From: Macrostomum hystrix
Lineage: Eukaryota > Animalia > Platyhelminthes
Length of the DNA: 64,000 nt
Direction of reading: 5' to 3'
NCBI GenBank assembly: GCA_950097015.1
Contig: CATNEN010000001.1
Coordinates: forward strand, 806,001 to 870,000
Shown: piece by piece, positions 1 through 12,123 of the stretch
Position numbering within the stretch: the first letter of the stretch is position 1
Layout: each line of letters begins with the position of its first letter
Notes under the pieces: generated by a model
Told to the model about the DNA's origin: nothing
Seen by the model: the letters and a program-made list of their open reading frames with translations, nothing else
The model's database searches: none
Translations under genes and position numbers: made by a program

Positions 1-976
1 CTGTCACTCCATTCACTCATTCTGTCACTCCATTCACTCATTCTATCACTCCCATTCACTCATTCTGTCACTCCATTCACTCATTCTATCACTCCCATTC
101 ACTCATTCTGTCACTCCATTCACTCATTCTGTCACTCCATTCACTCATTCTATCACTCCCATTCACTCATTCTGTCACTCCATTCACTCATTCTATCACT
201 CCCATTCACTCATTCTGTCACTCCATTCACTCATTCTGTCACTCCCATTCACTCATTCTGTCACTCCATTCACTCATTCTGTCACTCCATTCACTCATTC
301 TATCACTCCCATTCACTCATTCTGTCACTCCATTCACTCATTCTATCACTCCCATTCACTCATTCTGTCACTCCATTCACTCATTCTGTCACTCCATTCA
401 CTCATTCTATCACTCCCATTCACTCATTCTGTCACTCCATTCACTCATTCTGTCACTCCATTCACTCATTCTATCACTCCCATTCACTCATTCTGTCACT
501 CCATTCACTCTCTTATCTGTCACTCCATTCACTCCCTTCTCCATTCACTCACTTCACTCACTCCATTAACTCTCTTATCTGTCACTCCATTCACTCTCTT
601 ATCTGTCACTTCATTCACTCTCTTATCTGTCACTCCATTCACTCTCTTATCTGCCACTCCATTCACACTGTTATCTGTCACTCCATTCACTCTCTTATCT
701 GTCACTCCATTCACTCCCTTCTCCATTCACTCACTTCACTCACTCCATTAACTCTCTTATCTGTCACTCCATTCACTCTCTTATCTGTCACTCCATTCAC
801 TCTCTTATCTGTCACTCCATTCACTCCCTTCTGTCACTCCATTCACTCTCTTATCTGTCACTTCATTCACTCTCTTATCTGTCACTCCATTCACTCCCAT
901 TCACTCCATTCACTCCCTTCTGTCACTCCATTCACTCCCATTCACTCCATTCACTCCCTTCTGTCACTCCATTCAC
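1..976. repeat. Minisatellite, 21/22-bp unit CTGTCACTCCATTCACTCATT grading into a 24-bp variant; truncated by window start
   Basis: Tandem units directly visible; the 529..726 ORF is a translation of the repeat. Confidence 0.95.
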
Positions 977-1961
977 AGCTTTGGTATATTTATCTATCGC
1001 CGAGCTAAGAAGTGCTTATTTACCTACAAATCAGAGTATGCAGCTCTAAATGATTAATTGCATTACCTTTTTGATGTCGCCTATTACAAAGGCTTTTCTG
1101 CTCAAATCCCTTTAATTCTCTCTTTCTGCATTTTAGTCGCATCTTTCCTTTGAGCAGTGCTTTAATTCTTTGCCAAAACAAATTTTCTTTCTGCCGCATG
1201 AACCTTCGATTAAGGCATTGCTAAAATTTCAATCAGATGCTAGCCCCCCAACAGCCGCAATTTCTGCCTGTCAGGTTTTACCGAAATCTTCCCCTAGGGG
1301 GTCCTGACTGGCAAAGAGTCACAGTTAATAACTCATATCCGGCATGAGGGTCAGGGCTGCAGCAAACAGAGCGGGGGGATAACCTTGCTAGTTTGCTTAG
1401 CAACCCAAGCATCAGGAAGTTGAGACGAAGATTATAATAGACAAGCTGATGAGTTTGAAGCTGCGGATAAATTTTAGGAAATGTTTTCAACACGCAACGT
1501 CTGTAGACACTTGTGTCCAATCCTAAGTGTCAAATTTCTCTATTCTCTATTCTACTGTTAAAGATTTATTTTAAAAATGCAGGTAAACTTACTGTGAAAT
1601 TTACGGTCGAAAAAATTGCACCGATTTTCTGATTCAACTTGCCTCGAAGCTAATTTTCGATTGGAGCAGTTAAAAATAAATGTGGCTCAATTCATGCGTG
1701 AGTTCTTCTCATCTGAAACGACTGCGTGGCCGTTTGTACGTAAACTGATGACATAATTAGAATAAAAGAGTGACTGAATGTTGAAAAGCTTTCAAGCATC
1801 AATCTTTATGCTACTCAGTTCGGGAAAATGTATCTCGACATTGCTTAACGCTTTCGTTTGACTTCGATATTTCTTCCTTAATTTAGCCATGAAGTCTGAT
1901 GAATCGATGCTACATTGATGAAGCAATCACTGTTGTTCGTACTCTTGTGAACAGACAGAGG

Positions 1962-2652
1962 CAAACCTGTTAGACACATGCTAACCTGTTAGACACATCA
2001 TGCTAACCTGTTAGACAGATGCTAACCTGTTAGACAAATGCAAACCTGTTAGACAGATTCTAACCTGTTAGACAGATGCTAACCTGTTAGACAAATGCAA
2101 ACCTGTTAGACAGATTCTAAACTGTTAGACAGATGCTAATCTGTTAAACAGATTCTAAACTGTTAGACAGATGCTAACCTGTTAGACAGATTCTAAACTG
2201 TTAGACAGATGCTAACCTGTTAGACAGATTCTAAACTGTTAGACAGATGCTAATCTGTTAAACAGATTCTAAACTGTTAGACAGATGCTAACCTGTTAGA
2301 CAGATTCTAAACTGTTAGACAGATTCTAAACTGTTAGACACATGCTAATCTGTTAGACAGATTCTAAACTGTTAGACACATGCTAACTTGTTAGACAGAT
2401 TCTAAACTGTTAGACAGATTCTAAACTGTTAGACACATGCAAACCTGTTAGACAGATGACCTGTTAGACAGTAGCAAACCTGTTAGACACATTGACCTGT
2501 TAGACACATGACCTGTTAGACACATGACCTGTTAGATACATTGACCTGTTAGACACATGACCTGTTAGACACATGACCTGTTAGACACATGACCTGTTAG
2601 ACACATGACCTGTTAGACACATGACCTGTTAGACAGTTGCTAGCCTGTTAGA
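1962..2652. repeat. Minisatellite, 19-bp unit AACCTGTTAGACAGATGCT shortening to 16-bp ACCTGTTAGACACATG
   Basis: Tandem units visible; same family as 3911-4365. Confidence 0.93.
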
Positions 2653-3134
2653 CTCTCAAGTCCCGACTATAGGCTGAGGAATCGTATGTCAGCGAATGCA
2701 GTCAGTCAGAAAAAACAGCAGTTTTAATAACCGTAGGTTTCAAATACTTGGTTTCAAATACGTGCTAATTGCCATCGCTGTCGCACACGCCCACACACAC
2801 GCACACGGGCAAACACACAAATGGCAAGAATGAGTCAAAGAAATGCAATCTTGAATGATTTGGAACCGATTTCATTTCTTATTTTCTGTTCTATAGTGAA
2901 GATGCTGGGCGAGTGTGCCAACTGAAAATGCTGGCCAAAATTAATTTGATTGGGTGGTATTTCAGACACCTGATAACTTGGAGTTTTTGAAATATTCAAT
3001 AACTGAAATTTCTTAATCGTTTTTTTGCTTTTCTTTGAAGCGTTGAAAATTCTTCTGCGGAAATTTTTGAAATCACTGTAAAAATATTTACAGCCAAAAA
3101 TATGTTTAATAATTATTTACACCTGCACAAACGT

Positions 3135-3413
3135 GCAGATGTGCAGCCGATAGCACAGCAGCAGCAATTGCATGGCGCACCTGAAGGCTGCGTACGGCTG
3201 TTCAGTCCATGGACTGGGGAGGACGTCACACCCACCCTCAATTACCCCAGATGATGCTGGAACCCATTTAACAGCTGGGTGAACTGAAGCAGTGCAGAAT
3301 TAACTGTCTTGCTTCACGCTAAATTACATATTGTTCGTGTAGTAGAGTCGGGAATCGAACCCCAGACGTTTAAGTCGCGCGTCGGACGCCCTGACCATCA
3401 GGCCACAAACCCT
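3135..3413 (-). mobile_element. tRNA-derived SINE, family A (full length)
   Basis: Minus strand begins with a Pol III A box (TGGCCTGATGG) and B box (GGTTCGATTCC). Body CACCCAGCTGTTAAATGGG...AGTCCATGGACTGAACAGCCGTACGCAGCC recurs at ~30630, 33830, 36590, 40240 and 49930. Confidence 0.8.
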
Positions 3414-3910
3414 GCCTCATTTCCATCTTCCATTTCTCCCCATTCTCCTCTTCTACCCCCTTCTCCATTTCTTCCCCTTCACCATTTATCCCCCTTCTCC
3501 ATTTCTCCCCCTTCTCAATTTCTCCCCATTCTCAATTTCTCCTTTTCTCGATTTTCTTCCCCCTTCTCCATTTCTCCCCCTTCTCAATTTCTCCCTCTTC
3601 TCCAATTCTCCCCTTTCTATTTGTCTCCCCTTCTTCGTTTATCCCCCTCCTTCATTCCTTCATCTACTTGTGCTTTCCGTATTAGTGTTGAAATGCAGTT
3701 TTTAATTTTTTTCAAAAAGATTCTGTAATCACAACATAAGGCTGCACCCTTCAGTTGTGCGAACCATAGAAATCATAGCTAGACTTATTCTAAATATTTT
3801 ATTAAACGAATCTGTCGCGATAACGTCTAATAAATCGATGCTCTATCTATGAAGAAATCACAGCTGTTTGTACTTTTGCAAGCAGAATCTAGCTTTTTAG
3901 ACAGAGGACT

Positions 3911-4365
3911 AACCTGTTAGATAGATTGTAACCTGTTAGACACATCCAAACCTGTTAGACAGATAGTAACCTGTTAGACACATCCAAACCTGTTAGACAG
4001 ATAGTAACTTGTTAGACACATCCAAACCTGTTAGACAGATTCAAACCCGTTAGACACATGCTAACCTGTTAGACAGATTCAAACCCGTTAGACACATGCT
4101 AACCTGTTAGGCACATCATGCTAAACTGTTAGACACATCATGCTAAACTGTTAGACACATGCTAACCTGTTAGGCACATCATGCTAAACTGTTAGACACA
4201 TCATGCTAAACTGTTAGACACATGCTAACCTGTTAGGCACATCATGCTAAACTGTTAGACACATCATGCTAAACTGTTAGACACATGCTAACCTGTTAGG
4301 CACATCATGCTAAACTGTTCGACACATCATGCTAAACTGTTAGACGCATGCAAACCTGTTAGACC
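3911..4365. repeat. Minisatellite, 19/22-bp unit (CTAACCTGTTAGACAC...)
   Basis: Tandem units; same core CTGTTAGAC as 1962-2652. Confidence 0.92.
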
Positions 4366-4959
4366 ACTAGGCATTCCATCGACTTGTCAGGCCCGACAAT
4401 GTCCCGTGGCGGATAATGATAATGCTAAGTGTGCATTAATGCTAAGCCGGGGAATTAAATTGCGTTTGCCAGCTAAAATTTCTAGCTCAATTTAGTTAGG
4501 TCGTTCGTGTGAATTTACTGATAAGGAAAAATGTCATATTCTCCCTTCACCTTGTCGCGAGGAAACAGCAGTTTAGGATTAGCCTGAGTGGTGTGACCTG
4601 ATTTCAAGTGTGCAACCTGCATGCTCGAACTCAAATTCTAAAATATACATTCGCAGCTAGATATTGTAGTATATCAATTTGTTTTATTGCTCTGCAATAC
4701 ATTCTTATCTTGAGTCGCGTTCTCCGTGGCAATAGTGGTTCGATTTCTTTGAGTCCTCTCTTTCCCGGGAAATTTCTACGCAATTATATAAGGCGTACAA
4801 ATATTGCTCTAATTGCCAATTTCATTTGATATCTAGAATTTAATTGCTCTTGCGATAACAAGCGGTAAGTTTTTTCTTCTTATTGTCGTAGCAAATTAAT
4901 TGTTTGTTAATTTTGTCAATTAGTGCGTTTGTTTTGCAGATAAAAACAGCTGTTTAAAG

Positions 4960-7900
4960 ATGTCGTTGAAAATGGCTTCCATTGTGCTCGCTTGCTTGAT
5001 GGCGCTAACTTGGACACCAGCCGATAGCAGTCCTGCTGTTGGTGACGCTGAGTGAGTTACCGATTTATTATGCTGTTGAGAGACTGCTAAGACAGAAAGA
5101 ATGATAGAGTGGAGAATAAGACAGGAGTGACAACAAAGTAGAGAGGAGTGAAGAGAGAAGCGAGAAGAGAGAAGAGAGGAGAGAGGAGAGAAGAGAGAAG
5201 AGAGGAGAGAGGAGAGAAGAGAGAAGAGAGGAGAGAAGAGAGGAGAGGAGAGAGGAGAGAAGAGAGGAGAGAAGAGAGGAGAGGAGAGAGGAGAGAAGAG
5301 AGAAGAGAGGAGAGAGGAGAGAAGAGAGAAGAGAGGAGAGAAGAGAGGAGAGAAGAGAGGAGAGAAGAGAGGAGAGAAGAGTGGAGAGAAGAGTGGAGAG
5401 AAGAGTAGAGAGAAGAGAGGAGAGGAGAAAGGAGAGAAGAGAAGAGAGAAGAGAAGAGAGGAGAGAAGAGAGAAGAGAGGAGAGAGGAGAGAAGAGAGAA
5501 GAGAGGAGAGAAGAGAGGAGAGAAGAGAGGAGAGAAGAGAGGAGAGAAGAGAGGAGAGAAGAGAGGAGAGAAGAGAGGAGAGAAGAGAGGAGAGAAGAGA
5601 GGAGAGAAGAGTGGACAGAAGAGTGGAGAGAAGAGTGGAGAGAAGAGTGGAGAGGAGAGAGGAGAGAAGAGAGGAGAGAAGAGTGGAGAGAAGAGTGGAC
5701 AGAAGAGTGGAGAGAAGAGTGGAGAGAAGAGTGGAGAGAAGAGTAGAGAGAAGAGAGGAGAGGAGAAAGGAGAGAAGAGAAGAGAGAAGAGAAGAGAGGA
5801 GAGAGGAGAGAAGAGTGGAGAGAAGAGTGGAGAGAAGAGTAGAGAGAAGAGAGGAGAGGAGAAAGGAGAGAAGAGAAGAGAGAAGAGAAGAGAGGAGAGA
5901 AGAGAGAAGAGAGGAGAGAGGAGAGAAGAGAGAAGAGAGGAGAGAAGAGAGGAGAGAAGAGAGGAGAGAAGAGAGGAGAGAAGAGTGGAGAGAAGAGTGG
6001 ACAGAAGAGTGGAGAGAAGAGTAGAGAGAAGACAGGAGAGGAGAAAGGAGAGAAGAGAAGAGAGAAGAGAAGAGAGGAGAGAGGAGAGAAGAGAGAAGAG
6101 AGGAGAGAAGAGAGAAGAGAGAAGAGAGGAGAGAAGAGAGGAGAGAAGAGAGGAGAGAAGAGAGGAGAGAAGAGTGGAGAGAAGAGAGAAGAGAGGAGAG
6201 AAGAGAGGAGAGAAGAGAGGAGAGAAGAGAGGAGAGAAGAGAGGAGAGAAGAGAGGAGAGAGGAGAGAGGAGAGAAGAGAGAAGAGAGGAGAGAAGAGAG
6301 GAGAGGAGAGAGGAGAGAAGAGAGGAGAGAAGAGAGGAGAGGAGAGAGGAGAGAAGAGAGAAGAGAGGAGAGAGGAGAGAAGAGAGAAGAGAGGAGAGAA
6401 GAGAGGAGAGAAGAGAGGAGAGAAGAGAGGAGAGAAGAGTGGAGAGAAGAGTGGAGAGAAGAGTAGAGAGAAGAGAGGAGAGGAGAAAGGAGAGAAGAGA
6501 AGAGAGAAGAGAAGAGAGGAGAGAGGAGAGAAGAGAGAAGAGAGGAGAGAGGAGAGAAGAGAGAAGAGAGGAGAGAGGAGAGAAGAGAGAAGAGAGGAGA
6601 GAAGAGAGGAGAGAAGAGAGGAGAGAAGAGAGGAGAGAAGAGTGGAGAGAAGAGTGGAGAGAAGAGTAGAGAGAAGAGAGGAGAGGAGAAAGGAGAGAAG
6701 AGAAGAGAGAAGAGAAGAGAGGAGAGAGGAGAGAAGAGAGAAGAGAGGAGAGAGGAGAGAAGAGAGAAGAGAGGAGAGAAGAGAGGAGAGAAGAGAGGAG
6801 AGAAGAGAGGAGAGAAGAGTGGAGAGAAGAGAGAAGAGAGGAGAGAAGAGAGGAGAGAAGAGAGGAGAGAAGAGAGAAGAGAAGAGAGGAGAGAAGAGAG
6901 GAGAGAGGAGAGAGGAGAGAAGAGAGAAGAGAGGAGAGAAGAGAGGAGAGGAGAGAGGAGAGAAGAGAGGAGAGAAGAGAGGAGAGGAGAGAGGAGAGAA
7001 GAGAGGAGAGAAGAGAGGAGAGGAGAGAGGAGAGAAGAGAGAAGAGAGGAGAGAGGAGAGAAGAGAGAAGAGAGGAGAGAAGAGAGGAGAGAAGAGAGGA
7101 GAGAAGAGAGGAGAGAAGAGTGGAGAGAAGAGTGGAGAGAAGAGTAGAGAGAAGAGAGGAGAGGAGAAAGGAGAGAAGAGAAGAGAGAAGAGAAGAGAGG
7201 AGAGAGGAGAGAAGAGAGAAGAGAGGAGAGAGAAGAGAGGAGAGAAGAGAGGAGAGAAGAGAGGAGAGAAGAGAGGAGAGAAGAGTGGAGAGAAGAGAGA
7301 AGAGAGGAGAGGAGAGAGGAGAGAAGAGAGGAGAGAAGAGAGGAGAGGAGAGAGGAGAGAAGAGAGGAGAGAGGAGAGAGGAGAGAAGAGAGGAGAGAGG
7401 AGAGAAGAGAGGAGAGGAGAGAGGAGAGAAGAGAGGAGAGAAGAGAGGAGAGGAGAGAGGAGAGAAGAGAGAAGAGAGGAGAGAGGAGAGAAGAGAGAAG
7501 AGAGGAGAGAAGAGAGGAGAGAAGAGAGGAGAGAAGAGAGGAGAGAAGAGTGGAGAGAAGAGTGGAGAGAAGAGTAGAGAGAAGAGAGGAGAGGAGAAAG
7601 GAGAGAAGAGAAGAGAGAAGAGAAGAGAGGAGAGAGGAGAGAAGAGAGAAGAGAGGAGAGAGGAGAGAAGAGAGAAGAGAGGAGAGAGGAGAGAAGAGAG
7701 AAGAGAGGAGAGAAGAGAGGAGAGAAGAGAGGAGAGAAGAGAGGAGAGAAGAGAGGAGAGAAGAGAGGAGAGAAGAGAGGAGAGAAGAGTGGACAGAAGA
7801 GTGGAGAGAAGAGTGGAGAGAAGAGTGGAGAGGAGAGAGGAGAGAAGAGAGGAGAGAAGAGTGGAGAGAAGAGTGGACAGAAGAGTGGAGAGAAGAGTGG

Positions 7901-8990
7901 AGAGAAGAGTGGAGAGAAGAGTAGAGAGAAGAGAGGAGAGGAGAAAGGAGAGAAGAGAAGAGAGAAGAGAAGAGAGGAGAGAGGAGAGAAGAGAGAAGAG
8001 AGGAGAGAGGAGAGAAGAGAGAAGAGAGGAGAGAAGAGAGGAGAGAAGAGAGGAGAGAAGAGAGGAGAGAAGAGTGGAGAGAAGAGTGGAGAGAAGAGTA
8101 GAGAGAAGAGAGGAGAGGAGAAAGGAGAGAAGAGAAGAGAGAAGAGAAGAGAGGAGAGAGGAGAGAAGAGAGAAGAGAGAAGAGAGGAGAGAAGAGAGGA
8201 GAGAAGAGAGGAGAGAAGAGAGGAGAGAAGAGTGGAGAGAAGAGAGAAGAGAGGAGAGAAGAGAGGAGAGAAGAGAGGAGAGAAGAGAGGAGAGAAGAGA
8301 GGAGAGAAGAGAGGAGAGAAGAGAGGAGAGAAGAGAGGAGAGAAGAGAGGAGAGAAGAGAGGAGAGAAGAGAGGAGAGAAGAGAGGAGAGAAGAGAGGAG
8401 AGAAGAGAGGAGAGAAGAGAGGAGAGAAGAGAGGAGAGAAGAGAGGAGAGAAGAGAGGAGAGAAGAGAGGAGAGAAGAGTGGAGAGAAGAGTGGACAGAA
8501 GAGTGGAGAGAAGAGTAGAGAGAAGACAGGAGAGGAGAAAGGAGAGAAGAGAAGAGAGAAGAGAAGAGAGGAGAAAGCAATGGAAGGAGAAGAGAGGACG
8601 GAGGAGAGAGAATGAAGAGAAAGAAAGCTAGGAGAGAAAGTAGGTTATGTATTAGTATTGTCAGGTAATCCAAGCAGCAATCAAAAACGGAAGCTTCCAA
8701 TCGGCTGCAAACTCTGCCGCAGGCTGCAGCGTCAGGTGCAAGAGTTCAACCTCATCACGGAAACTCTGGAAAAGATTCGCGACCTTCTCGACCAGGCCGC
8801 TCAGCTGGGCCGCGAGAAGCTCATGGAGGTACTTCAGTCGGAGCTGCTCAAGACTTTAATCGGCTACCTGCCATCAGTGATTCGTATCTGGCTCGAAGGA
8901 TACATTCAGAGACTGCTGGAGAACATTAGCGACCCGACTGCTTGTGAGTCTGCTCTCAGATGAAGGCCTCTCTTATAAATACAAATTAAA

Positions 8991-9023
<33 letters not shown>

Positions 9024-10208
9024 TATTATAATAATAATTGCATGAGGGCTGCGGGCAATGGCACATCATTTCGTGACACTAGACCCGCAGCCAGCGAGGA
9101 GGCAATTCTGTCCATTTCGCTGACTCCTGAGCACACACGCACACAGATACTGTACGCAGGCACACGCCCACACAGGTGTGTACATCTGCCCTGACTTTCT
9201 CATCGTCAGGCAGTGTACACTCTCACTGTACCTTTGAGGTTGGCCCTCAAGGGCGTAAATTGCACGACATGCCCCCAAGCCTTCTCTCCGCGGCTGCACC
9301 CCATATAAATGTGGCATTGCCGTGGAATCGAACTTATGGGCCGTGGTTCGAGAGCCAAACGCGTTAGACCGCTCTGCCACTCACCCCCTTACATAATAGT
9401 TTACTCTAACAAAAATGTTTGCTTTTTTAAGCTCACATCGGCACTCTACTCAGGAGTGACACACCTTAAATTTACATGACTAAATAGTCAAAATTAAAAT
9501 TAAAAAGACAGCATAGAGCTGGGAGAGATCAGACACGGGAGAGATGAGACACGGGAGAGATGAGACACGGCAGAGATGAGACACGGCAGAGATGAGAGAC
9601 GGCAGAGATGAGACACGGGAGAGATGAGACACGGGAGAGATGAGACACGGCAGAGATGAGACACGGGAGAGATGAGACACGGCAGAGATGAGACACGGGA
9701 GAGATGAGACACGGCAGAGATGAGACACGGCAGAGATGAGACACGGGAGAGATGAGACACGGCAGAGATGAGACACGGGAGAGATGAGACACGGGAGAGA
9801 TGAGACACGGCAGAGATGAGACACGGGAGAGATGAGACACGGGAGAGATGAGACATGGGAGAGATGAGACACGGGAGAGATGAGACACGGGAGAGATGAG
9901 ACACGGCAGAGATAAGACACGGGAGAGATGAGACACGGGAGAGATGAGACACGGGAGAGATGAGACACGGGAGAGATGAGACACGGGAGAGATAAGACAC
10001 GGGAGAGATGAGATAGAGATGATTTTGGTGTTTGAGTAAGCCAGAAGGGTGTAAGCTTGCCAACACCCTGGTGAGCATCACTCTATGGGATGTCATAGAT
10101 AATTAATGTTAATCACGACCCGTTGCAGTGAGCAATCTAACCGAAGCTACGGATGCAGCCGTGTTGGCCTTCAAAGCTGCGGCTGCCAAGTTGATGATGC
10201 GCGTTTAA
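4960..10208 (+). CDS. Small secreted alpha-helical protein (~145 aa), degenerate saposin-like; 3 coding exons
   Basis: Exon1 4960-~5041/5051 encodes a signal-peptide-like MSLKMASIVLACLMALTWTPADS. Exon2 ~8665-8943 (IGCKLCRRL...YIQRLLENISDPTA) ends at GTGAGT. Exon3 10129-10208 follows TTGCAG, is in phase and ends at TAA. A canonical 5'UTR intron lies at 4865-4939 (GTAAGT...TTTTGCAG). The exon1/2 junction has two phase-compatible solutions. Confidence 0.6.
5148..8575. repeat. 3.4-kb polypurine satellite (core 12-mer AGAAGAGAGGAG) filling intron 1 of the secreted-protein gene
   Basis: Almost only A/G on the + strand with rare T/C variants and recurring higher-order blocks. Confidence 0.97.
8990..9388 (-). 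mobile_element. tRNA-derived SINE, family B (full length, (TTA)n tail)
   Basis: Minus strand: GGGGTGAGTGGCAGAGCGGTCTAACGCG...AGTTCGATTCC tRNA-like head, conserved body, (TTA)n tail; at least 7 related copies in the window. Confidence 0.85.
9521..10020. repeat. 17-bp minisatellite GAGAGATGAGACACGGG
   Basis: Tandem units; same family as 46434-49115 and the degenerate inverted copy at ~26380-26525. Confidence 0.95.
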
Positions 10209-10525
10209 GATTGAAAACATTTTGATCTGGTGTCGCATTGGAAACGATGCTAATTCAAGATTGAAAAAAAATTTCTCGTAAAATCTTTGAGAAAATTTGT
10301 CTTTTTATGAAAAATATTATCAGCTAAAAAGTAAAGTTAACTTTTTTGATGATAATGCGACAGATGGGTCTTCAAAACGGCACTTTTTTCCTTTACGATT
10401 CATTTTATTTAGCTCCATTACTAGTGTCACCGCTTAAAAAGGTACCCAACTACATTTATCACCAGTGATTGTGGCGAGCCAACCTCAATTATTATCTGTT
10501 ATTAGGGGAGTGAACCTTTTTGTTT

Positions 10526-12123
10526 CAGTGATAGGGTCAGTGATAGGGTCAGTGATAGTGTCAGTGATAGGGTCAGTGATAGTGTCAGTGATAGGGTCAG
10601 TGATAGGGTCAGTGATAGGGTCAGTGATAGGGTCAGTGATAGGGTCAGTGATAGGGTCAGTGATAGGGTCAGTGATAGTGTCAGTGATAGGGTCAGTGAT
10701 AGTGTCAGTGATAGGGTCAGTGATAGGGTCAGTGATAGGGTCAGTGATAGGGTCAGTAATAGGGTCAGTGATAGGGTCAGTGATAGTGTCAGTGATAGTG
10801 TCAGTGATAGGGTCAGTGATAGGGTCAGTGATAGTGTCAGTGATAGGGTCAGTGATAGTGTCAGTGATAGTGTCAGTGATAGGGTCAGTGATAGGGTCAG
10901 TGATAGGGTCAGTGATAGTGTCAGTGATAGTGTCAGTGATAGGGTCAGTGATAGGGTCAGTGATAGTGTCAGTGATAGGGTCAGTGATAGGGTCAGTGAT
11001 AGGGTCAGTGATAGTGTCAGTGATAGGGTCAGTGATAGTGTCAGTGATAGTGTCAGTAATAGGGTCAGTGATAGGGTCAGTGATAGGGTCAGTAATAGGG
11101 TCAGTGATAGGGTCAGTGATAGGGTCAGTGATAGGGTCAGTGATAGTGTCAGTGATAGGGTCAGTGATAGTGTCAGTGATAGGGTCAGTGATAGGGTCAG
11201 TGATAGTGTCAGTGATAGGGTCAGTGATAGTGTCAGTGATAGTGTCAGTGATAGGGTCAGTGATAGGGTCAGTGATAGTGTCAGTGATAGGGTCAGTGAT
11301 AGTGTCAGTGATAGGGTCAGTGATAGTGTCAGTGATAGTGTCAGTGATAGGGTCAGTGATAGGGTCAGTGATAGGGTCAGTGATAGGGTCAGTGATAGGG
11401 TCAGTGATAGGGTCAGTGATAGGGTCAGTGATAGGGTCAGTGATAGGGTCAGTGATAGTGTCAGTAATAGGGTCAGTGATAGGGTCAGTGATAGGGTCAG
11501 TAATAGGGTCAGTGATAGGGTCAGTGATAGGGTCAGTGATAGGGTCAGTGATAGTGTCAGTGATAGGGTCAGTGATAGTGTCAGTGATAGGGTCAGTGAT
11601 AGTGTCAGTGATAGTGTCAGTGATAGGGTCAGTGATAGGGTCAGTGATAGGGTCAGTGATAGGGTCAGTGATAGGGTCAGTGATAGGGTCAGTGATAGTG
11701 TCAGTGATAGGGTCAGTGATAGTGTCAGTAATAGGGTCAGTGATAGTGTCAGTGATAGTGTCAGTGATAGTGTCAGTGATAGGGTCAGTGATAGGGTCAG
11801 TGATAGGGTCAGTGATAGGGTCAGTGATAGTGTCAGTGATAGGGTCAGTGATAGGGTCAGTGATAGGGTCAGTGATAGGGTCAGTGATAGGGTCAGTGAT
11901 AGTGTCAGTGATAGGGTCAGTGATAGTGTCAGTGATAGTGTCAGTGATAGTGTCAGTGATAGGGTCAGTGATAGGGTCAGTGATAGGGTCAGTGATAGGG
12001 TCAGTGATAGGGTCAGTGATAGGGTCAGTGATAGGGTCAGTGATAGGGTCAGTGATAGTGTCAGTAATAGGGTCAGTGATAGGGTCAGTGATAGGGTCAG
12101 TAATAGGGTCAGTGATAGGGTCA
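10526..12123. repeat. 12-bp minisatellite TCAGTGATAG(G/T)G, ~133 units
   Basis: Homogeneous array with two main interspersed variants. Confidence 0.97.

Noticed and set aside
5068-8700. 1210-aa Ser/Leu ORF and Glu/Arg ORFs
   Set aside because: Translations of a stop-poor polypurine satellite inside an intron.
9320-9388. tRNA gene
   Set aside because: tRNA-like head continuous with a SINE body and tail, found in many diverged copies.
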